Virus record (IMG/VR): IMGVR_UViG_3300037311_000345 | Coordinates: 1 to 31,770 of that record | Strand: one strand, 5' to 3' | DNA length: 31,770 nucleotides | Origin: a virus | Lineage: Duplodnaviria > Caudoviricetes | In this document: one piece after another, positions 25,619 through 31,770 of the stretch | How positions within the stretch are numbered: the stretch's first letter is position 1 | How the letters are laid out: each line of letters starts with the position of its first letter | Program-made: the position numbers and the translations under genes | The notes under the pieces: model-generated | Told to the model about the DNA's origin: nothing | Seen by the model: the letters and a program-made list of their open reading frames with translations, nothing else | The model's database searches: none

Positions 25619-27088
25619 TTACACCCTTCCAAAACTGGTTTCCCAAGTAATGCCATTGATACGATTGGCAACAAACATAGTCAGCTTCGCTTTCAAAATC
25701 TTTGTTCTAGAAAAACTCTTATCGAAATCTAAAATGATTTTATGCGAATTGATTTCAGCGATTCCTGGCTGTTCCATTTCTTGCGAAATTTTTGCATCCA
25801 TTGTAGCCTTGACTAAATCAATTCCTCCATTCGCCGCTTTTACTTCTGTGTCCTGATTTAAAAAAGGCAAAGACTCTCGATACACGATACGATGCATCTT
25901 GTCCGCTCTTCTCCTTTCCGGAATATCTGCAAAATCAGAATCAGACTTAGACTTGATTCTATCTCTTGCAATATAGATTCCATCTTTGTCATCATACTCC
26001 TTGAGAACAGTAAGCCTCATATCATGAAGCAGATCCATGTAGTTGCGGTAGCCATCATTCCAATGTCTAATTTCAGCGAATGTTAGAGACTGCATATCTC
26101 TCACATAGCCTGCAGACACATTCACAGGAGCCACAGACAATTTTGCCGCAAGCATCGTGCCTGCATTTCTCCATTGACCTACCATGGTCTTCGCAAGTTC
26201 AAAACCACCTGCCGCTTCGATTCCCCCTGCAATATAACGACCCTCAGCTACAACAATCGAAACTCTATCTGAGTAGAAAGGATCCCACTCATCTTGTAGG
26301 CTTACAAAATAATCAGTAGAAGATTCTCCAACTCCTCTTTTTCTACCTTCTAAAATCGCAAAGACAGGAAGATGATGATTTTTTTCCATATCCACTAAAA
26401 TAGAATTCACACTCACAGCATTACTACGATTAGCCTCTCCAATTACATGCAGAAAATACATTCTGTATTCACGTTTCATTTTTTCGAGAGCATTCACTTT
26501 TGAACCATACGTTGCACCAGGTCCATTGATCGGAAATGTATATTCATCTCCCACTTGAAATGTATTCGCAGGTGTCCCTGAATCTACAAAAGTGGCAGTC
26601 ACTCCAACATCCAACGCAATAGGAGTATTGCTTGCAGGTGTCACAACAGGAGCGGAATAACTAATTCCCCCATCTAAAGATTTTCTAAACTCAGCAGTGC
26701 CATGAGCCCCCGCCTTAGTAAATCTCAGTTTCACAACTCTAGAACCAGTTGGTGTGCCAGCAGTATTTGGATTACTAGCTAAACCAGTTCCCTGCTTCGT
26801 AACAGTTCCAATAGATCCCGAACTATCATTTACAGGTCTTACGGCTAGCACTGGACTTGCCACCTGACCAATTTGATCATTCACCTCTTCAAAATGCTGA
26901 ACGAGTGAATCCACTAATTCCCCTCTGCCAAAAATATCTCTCGCCTGATTTCCAGAATATATCAAGTAAGCTTTTTCAGCGTCCCCAGACTCCGCAGAGC
27001 CAATTTTCAAATGCACTCTGTCAGGGATAATATCAGTCGATACCAATCCCCCCGATGCATGGGTAATATTTACATTACCAGTCCCCAT
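25619..27088 (-). CDS. Tail sheath protein (DUF2586-like); ATG 27088 preferred to track start 27097
   Basis: ~490 aa; IFGRGELVD, GIYIARDR...SDFADIPERRRADKMHR sheath C-terminal pattern. Confidence 0.85.
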   Translation of the reverse strand: MGTGNVNITHASGGLVSTDIIPDRVHLKIGSAESGDAEKAYLIYSGNQARDIFGRGELVDSLVQHFEEVNDQIGQVASPVLAVRPVNDSSGSIGTVTKQGTGLASNPNTAGTPTGSRVVKLRFTKAGAHGTAEFRKSLDGGISYSAPVVTPASNTPIALDVGVTATFVDSGTPANTFQVGDEYTFPINGPGATYGSKVNALEKMKREYRMYFLHVIGEANRSNAVSVNSILVDMEKNHHLPVFAILEGRKRGVGESSTDYFVSLQDEWDPFYSDRVSIVVAEGRYIAGGIEAAGGFELAKTMVGQWRNAGTMLAAKLSVAPVNVSAGYVRDMQSLTFAEIRHWNDGYRNYMDLLHDMRLTVLKEYDDKDGIYIARDRIKSKSDSDFADIPERRRADKMHRIVYRESLPFLNQDTEVKAANGGIDLVKATMDAKISQEMEQPGIAEINSHKIILDFDKSFSRTKILKAKLTMFVANRINGITWETSFGRV

Positions 27089-27115
27089 ACCTACCACCTA
27101 CTGTTTTAAATTTTA

Positions 27116-27463
27116 CTACTTTTTCTTAGAAGTCTTCAAACCGTCCGAAGCTGAGGAAACGAAGGAGGAAACCCCAACCTCAGACGACTGAATATCTTCA
27201 TTCTCAACTTTCCCTGTTAATGTAGTATTCATAGTTTCATCCCCTACAGGACTATCATTTACTACTTCAACTGTTTCTAGTTTCTCAAATAAAGCCAAAT
27301 CAACATTTACTCCACAAAAACGAGAGTAAGCAGACACCAAGTCATCAAGAGACTTTTCAGTCTCCGATTCTACACCCAAAAAATCACAAAACCCAACCAG
27401 CAAATGCTGACTAGCTCCGATAGTAGCAATAAACAGAGCTACAGTTAATTTTAACACTGCCAT
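27116..27463 (-). CDS. Phage hypothetical protein
   Basis: In operon with TAATG coupling. Confidence 0.6.
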   Translation of the reverse strand: MAVLKLTVALFIATIGASQHLLVGFCDFLGVESETEKSLDDLVSAYSRFCGVNVDLALFEKLETVEVVNDSPVGDETMNTTLTGKVENEDIQSSEVGVSSFVSSASDGLKTSKKK

Positions 27464-27651
27464 TACGCTACCCCTGTTGCACTCAAAATTGTTTTCTCTC
27501 TCACAGCCTTGTTTTTTGTGTTATCAAGTTTTTCGAAATTGATAGTAATAGTAAAAACTGGCACGATTGTTATATACGTATACGGCATTACGCTACCCCT
27601 GTTGCACTCAAAATTGTTTTCACTCTCACAGCCTTGTTGTTTGTGTTATCA
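27461..27651. repeat. Direct repeat, ~66 bp, offset 125 bp (27461-27526 and 27586-27651)
   Basis: CATTACGCTACCCCTGTTGCACTCAAAATTGTTTTC...GTGTTATCA occurs twice with 2 mismatches. Confidence 0.92.
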
Positions 27652-28010
27652 GGATTTCTCACCTTAATACTCACAATCCCAACCGGCTTTTCCAAAGAAA
27701 ATCTTGTTTGCTTCATCCAAGGATTCGCACCACCATTGATCTGAATCTCAAAAGGGGCAGGCTCGTCTTTCACAACTCCAATATTTTCCTCAGTCTCATC
27801 CCAGACAGCTTCAAGCCTAAGATACTCAAGCCCTTGGTAGCTAGACAAGTCCAAAGACTTTTCACCATCTGCATTTTTAATTCTAAAATCCTGACCATCA
27901 ATTCCATACGGACGGTTATATTCCAAACTCTCAGACACAATATCTTTAATTAGTATCTGATTATTATCTCCAATCTTAGAGATATTCGTAACCACTTTTA
28001 ATCTTTCCAT
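27588..28010 (-). CDS. Phage hypothetical protein
   Basis: ATG preceded by GAGGA; 140 aa; lies in the neck-sheath interval. Confidence 0.7.
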   Translation of the reverse strand: MERLKVVTNISKIGDNNQILIKDIVSESLEYNRPYGIDGQDFRIKNADGEKSLDLSSYQGLEYLRLEAVWDETEENIGVVKDEPAPFEIQINGGANPWMKQTRFSLEKPVGIVSIKVRNPDNTNNKAVRVKTILSATGVA

Positions 28011-28087
28011 AATTCCTCACTCTGAGTTACTATATAAATCGAATTCTATTATTTTTAAAACATACTCTTGTTTCGTGAGATTATGCA

Positions 28088-28192
28088 GGGCGAATTTTTG
28101 CATCGAGGCGATGCAAAAAACGGGCTTCTACGGACTTCGCAAGCTACGGTCAGGTTAAAACCTGACCCTACGGTCCTTCGCATCCCTTTCGC
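28088..28192 (-). ncRNA. Structured repeat, divergent copy inside the phage operon
   Basis: Minus strand GCGAAAGGGATG...GTAGGGTCAGGTTTTAACCTGACC...GTAGAAGCCCG-TTTTTTGCATCG/CGATGCAAAAA-TTCGCCC; same architecture as the copies in the Rhs locus. Confidence 0.72.
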
Positions 28193-28199
28193 TTTTGAT

Positions 28200-28805
28200 C
28201 TATTTGTATTCTACATCTACAGGATCTTCAATCTGTAATGTATATCCCGAAATGGTTTCTTCCTCTTCGATTGTATACAGTCCATCTCTCACAATAACAC
28301 CCAGTGTTATTTGATAAACAGACTTACTACTAACTGAACCCGTTTCGAGGGAACTATCACCCACATCGATTCTAAATTCAATTTCCTTAATTCCATCATA
28401 ATCGGGTTTGTAAGTTCTAGTTGTGTTTCTCGAAATATAAAGAAGAGCCTGATCTAAGATTCCCATTTTTTCAGGAGTAGAAAAAATATCAAAGCTAGGA
28501 TCCTTAATCCAAAAATGGATCTCATACGAATACTCTTGTTTAAAATGTTTCACAAAATAACGATTATACTTCGTCTTATCTCTAAACACAGGCTCTATTC
28601 GATTCTTCTCTTTAAACCTTGCATCTAAATTATTTTTCAACGACTTCAAAACAAGAACTGCACAAGGAAATTCTTCTATCAATTCCTGCTCAGCAGGATA
28701 CACTTCTAAGAACCTATCCTTGAAAGGAAAAAAATCTACTTTATCTTTTTCTAATTTGATAGAATCACAAAGCTCTCTAAAATAATCAATATGGGTTCGT
28801 CTCAT
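28200..28805 (-). CDS. Putative tail terminator / tail completion protein
   Basis: Position after the neck gene; FPCAVL motif. Confidence 0.45.
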   Translation of the reverse strand: MRRTHIDYFRELCDSIKLEKDKVDFFPFKDRFLEVYPAEQELIEEFPCAVLVLKSLKNNLDARFKEKNRIEPVFRDKTKYNRYFVKHFKQEYSYEIHFWIKDPSFDIFSTPEKMGILDQALLYISRNTTRTYKPDYDGIKEIEFRIDVGDSSLETGSVSSKSVYQITLGVIVRDGLYTIEEEETISGYTLQIEDPVDVEYK

Positions 28806-29308
28806 AAACTTTCCTTCATCGCCTTCATAACATTTTTAAATAAATCCTCTTTTGACTCTTCCACTGCAAATTTCAAATGAGGTCTAGCAGGCATCTTCTT
28901 AGATGGATTTCCGAGTTCCAAAGCTCTTGCCTGTGGATAATTAGAACCAACAGCATACACAGCATTTTCAATTTTTTGAGTCATAAAGGAATTTCTATAA
29001 TTACCAAGTAAAACTTTTTTGAGTGGTTTTGTATCATTCGTTCTTTTTCTAACTCTACTTCTAATTCCCGATATCAAAATCTTATTAGAACCCTTATTCA
29101 GCATTTTAAACGCTAGGTATTTAGGACTCAGAGGAGCCCAAGAACTTTTCCATTTCTGAGAAGCAATTCCTTCTACAACCCTAGAACGAATCTGCAACGC
29201 AGTTAATTGAATCGCCTTGTCTGCATTTTCTTTGAACTTATTCGGAGCTTCCTTTAGCCTCGAAAAAAAATCATCAAAGCCTTTAAGTTCAATTTTGGAT
29301 TCCGACAT
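28802..29308 (-). CDS. Virion morphogenesis / HK97 gp10-like neck protein
   Basis: WAPLSPKY and VGSNYPQARALELG...MPARPHL motifs. Confidence 0.78.
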   Translation of the reverse strand: MSESKIELKGFDDFFSRLKEAPNKFKENADKAIQLTALQIRSRVVEGIASQKWKSSWAPLSPKYLAFKMLNKGSNKILISGIRSRVRKRTNDTKPLKKVLLGNYRNSFMTQKIENAVYAVGSNYPQARALELGNPSKKMPARPHLKFAVEESKEDLFKNVMKAMKESL

Positions 29309-29657
29309 ACTTAAGCTCTACTTGGATTGTCTTAAAACCTTCTAACCTATCTCGAATATAAGGAGGCGATTCTATACTATACTCTATTTCTTCAAAAATA
29401 ATTTTATCTCCAATACTAAATTTAGTATCATCGAGCAATCGTATTATTACTAATTTGGACTCTGAGCTCACACCCGTTTCCGAATAATCAAATCTGGCTT
29501 TCTCTCTTTTGATAATACAATTTTTTAAAACAATTTCTTTGTAAGAAATTTTTGGTTTAGAATTTAGCTCAGACTTACAACGAATCAGTTTTTTTAGAAC
29601 TATCTCTTTATTGGCAAACTTCAAAAAATTTTTCTTTAATTTCTCAAAAGGAATCAT
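29289..29657 (-). CDS. Putative head closure (stopper) protein
   Basis: Position; IGDKIIFEEIEYSI pattern. Confidence 0.5.
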   Translation of the reverse strand: MIPFEKLKKNFLKFANKEIVLKKLIRCKSELNSKPKISYKEIVLKNCIIKREKARFDYSETGVSSESKLVIIRLLDDTKFSIGDKIIFEEIEYSIESPPYIRDRLEGFKTIQVELKYVGIQN

Positions 29658-30060
29658 GACTTATTACACTTTCTGGTAATTCAAAAATCAAATACGGATA
29701 AACAGAATTTTCCGCTAAGTCTAAAAGTGATTTCAAGATTTGTTTTTTTTCTTCCTCACTCACTTTAGCTACAGAGATTTTCATTCCTTCAATATCCAAG
29801 GAACTTTCCCCCACAGAATGTTTAGCCCATACAAAAGGCAAAATCTGAACCAGTGCAAGATAAAACTCTGCTTGCTTAAACTCAGGGCTATCTTGCACAT
29901 TAACCCATCGACTAAGCCTTTGATTGGCAGAATACAAAATAGAATTCAAAAACCTATCTAAAGCGGTAAGATCTACACCATCTTTTTCGGTGTCATCAAA
30001 ACCAAGGAGGCTAGAATCAAATCCAGCCTCTTTCAAATCCTTAGAACGATTCAGACTCAT
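29644..30060 (-). CDS. Putative head-tail adaptor protein
   Basis: Helical 138 aa protein shortly after the capsid gene. Confidence 0.5.
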   Translation of the reverse strand: MSLNRSKDLKEAGFDSSLLGFDDTEKDGVDLTALDRFLNSILYSANQRLSRWVNVQDSPEFKQAEFYLALVQILPFVWAKHSVGESSLDIEGMKISVAKVSEEEKKQILKSLLDLAENSVYPYLIFELPESVISHDSF

Positions 30061-30293
30061 TACTTTTTGGTGGTGGTCTCAGTAGTTTCAGTAGACTTAG
30101 TAGTCTCTTCACTCTTCGTAGTCTCTACTAAAATCAATTCTCCCGAATCAATCTTAGATAAAACAAAAGAGCTTTCTTCTACTTGAAAACTTTCCCCTTT
30201 CCCGAATTTCTTAGGAGCGATTTTTTTACCTGTAGATAGGTCGTAAAAACCAAGCTCCGCCTTATCCAAATTTTCTTTTAACTTAACTTGCAT
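30060..30293 (-). CDS. Small phage protein with Thr/Glu/Lys-rich tail
   Basis: GAGGGG RBS; directly after the capsid gene. Confidence 0.65.
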   Translation of the reverse strand: MQVKLKENLDKAELGFYDLSTGKKIAPKKFGKGESFQVEESSFVLSKIDSGELILVETTKSEETTKSTETTETTTKK

Positions 30294-30302
30294 ATTCCCC
30301 TC

Positions 30303-31349
30303 CTAGAAAGTTAATCCAATCGCAGAGTTAGACCAAATCTTGGAAAAACCTGTCACTCTGGAAATCACAGAATTATTCAACTGCTTGTCAATAAGCCTTG
30401 ACTCTTCTACCAGAGAAGATCCAGTCTCAATGAGTTGCTCAACACCAGCAAGCTTGTTAAAACCAACCAGTAAGTTACCCACAATATTCTTATTCACAAG
30501 AAGTGTGTTGCCAAGGGGAGTCACAAACTTTCCTGTACGTTTGTATTCTTCCCCAATCGTTCCATCCACAAATTGAGGAAGTTTCAAAATTCTAGAAATG
30601 GTTGCCTTGTTACCAATCAGAGTATCACACTCAAAATTAGCAAATGCCATATCCAAATCTACAAGATCGTTAAATACCAATTGCCCTACAGTTGCTGTGG
30701 GAATAAGCTGTGCAGGGTTTGCATTCCCGTCACCATTCACAAGCACATCGATACACTCAGCCACAATCTTAGATGCTAGATCTCTTCCCAAAACCTGAAA
30801 CATGATAGCAATCATATTGAGTTTAGTTCTACGAAGTGCCTCATAAGAACTTTCGATTCTAACCCCAATCTTACCAAGCTGAATTGCTTTCTCTTTTGTT
30901 TGGATTCTGATCCTAGGAAACTCAGCCCCTTCTGCAACTCTTCTATACTCTGACTTCACGAGAGTCTCGTCAATTGTGATCCCTCTGTAATCTGCCTGAT
31001 CTATATTTGTTGTAGTTGCTACTACATCATTTACAGTTGCTTCCATTTTTCCTTTGTTCATTCCTATTTCAATGTTCCTAGAAACAAACTCAGGAAAAAG
31101 AACCGAACTAGAACTAGTCTTGAAAAACTCAGCAAGACTTGCTACATTTTTCCCATTCGTTCTAATATCGTGAGCCAATAGCTGTCTTTCAAAAGCATCA
31201 AGCTTTTCCAAACCAGTGCCTTTATAATTTTCAGTCGGATCTTCTTTTTCCAAAACCTCAGAAAAACTTTTTTTGATAGTCTTTCCGTTTAACTCTTCTT
31301 TAGAGTCATACATACCCTTTTCAAGGTTTAATTTTTTAATCCCTGGCAT
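30303..31349 (-). CDS. Major capsid protein (HK97-fold type)
   Basis: 348 aa; LFPEFVSR, RVAEGAEFP and KIGVRIESSYEALRR motifs; strong GGAGGGGG RBS. Confidence 0.88.
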   Translation of the reverse strand: MPGIKKLNLEKGMYDSKEELNGKTIKKSFSEVLEKEDPTENYKGTGLEKLDAFERQLLAHDIRTNGKNVASLAEFFKTSSSSVLFPEFVSRNIEIGMNKGKMEATVNDVVATTTNIDQADYRGITIDETLVKSEYRRVAEGAEFPRIRIQTKEKAIQLGKIGVRIESSYEALRRTKLNMIAIMFQVLGRDLASKIVAECIDVLVNGDGNANPAQLIPTATVGQLVFNDLVDLDMAFANFECDTLIGNKATISRILKLPQFVDGTIGEEYKRTGKFVTPLGNTLLVNKNIVGNLLVGFNKLAGVEQLIETGSSLVEESRLIDKQLNNSVISRVTGFSKIWSNSAIGLTF

Positions 31350-31380
31350 TTCGCCCCCTCCCGTATACTAATTTAGGTTT

Positions 31381-31649
31381 TTATCCTAAAATAAAAAACA
31401 CCACTCTTTGAGTTGTAGTATTCACATTCACAACTAGATATTCTCTATCAGTTGTAGCTCCCACTTTCACACCGCCCGTTGCATTCGAGATAAGCCTTGC
31501 TCTCCCTAAACTAGGAGCAGTGCCAGTATAAGGCAACTCAACTGCACCCTCTAAAGACACAGAACAAAATCCCTTTTCAATGGAACGAACTACTCCAATA
31601 AAATTATCATTGTCCACTGTTACGCCAACAGTATCATTTGCCGTTAGCT
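31381..31649 (-). pseudogene. Capsid decoration/cement-like gene, 5' end lost at the IS-like end
   Basis: The frame continues upstream of track start 31617 (KLTANDTVGVTVDNDNFIG) into the inverted-repeat sequence with no RBS/ATG; lies directly before the capsid gene. Confidence 0.6.
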
Positions 31650-31770
31650 TAATGCTGTCAACTTAAGGAAAAAATTAAAGAAAAATGTTGAATCGTACGA
31701 AACTATTGATATGTTAAAAAAAGACAAAAAAAATATATAGCTTAACTTTAAAAAATCTTTACTCAAAAGA
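31650..31770. mobile_element. Probable IS4-family insertion sequence end (terminal IR 31650-31667)
   Basis: TAATGCTGTCAACTTAAG resembles the IS4 IR as recalled (TAATGCCGATCAGTTAAG); abrupt change to A-rich non-coding DNA; possible TTGAAT-16-TATGTT promoter pointing right. No transposase in the window. Confidence 0.6.

Larger units (their letters stand above)
14375..31649 (-). mobile_element. Prophage morphogenesis module, contractile-tail (myovirus-type)
   Basis: Co-oriented, overlapping genes in the canonical order capsid-neck-sheath-tube-chaperone-tape measure-baseplate-fibre. Confidence 0.9.

Noticed and set aside
14375-27097. T6SS or eCIS (PVC/Afp) locus
   Set aside because: A long tape measure, frameshifted chaperone, neck genes and major capsid indicate a phage; no TssJLM, ClpV or Afp15-type ATPase is seen.
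30065-30130. 9-nt tandem repeats (ETTK/ETTE)
   Set aside because: Ordinary low-complexity protein tail.
85-30798. Short opposite-strand or overlapping ORFs in the track (e.g. 85..288, 2356..2622, 15234..15500, 18814..18996, 25602..26319, 27567..27953, 30340..30798)
   Set aside because: They are shadows of longer, well-supported genes, with no recognisable motifs.

Overview
AT-rich bacterial DNA with two convergent blocks. Spirochaete-type lipoboxes and the Rhs style suggest Leptospiraceae, but this is inference. (1) 1-14330, + strand: an Rhs polymorphic-toxin locus. It holds the 3' end of one Rhs gene, a second 5'-truncated Rhs gene (2150-5494) and about ten orphan C-terminal cassettes or tip remnants. 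Each is followed by a translationally coupled partner, mostly small Cys-containing lipoproteins. Three features stand out: tips share sequence with their own partner; second-level cassettes swap only the last ~40-60 aa plus the partner; and a structured ~170-200 nt repeat with compensatory base changes (Flavo-1 RNA-like) and a C-rich leader marks many junctions. (2) 14375-31649, - strand: a complete-looking contractile-tail (myovirus-type) morphogenesis operon with major capsid, neck, sheath, tube, -1 frameshifted chaperone, tape measure, baseplate and fibre genes. It carries one more copy of the structured repeat and is cut at the right end by an IS4-like terminal inverted repeat. All similarity calls were made by eye; no searches were run.
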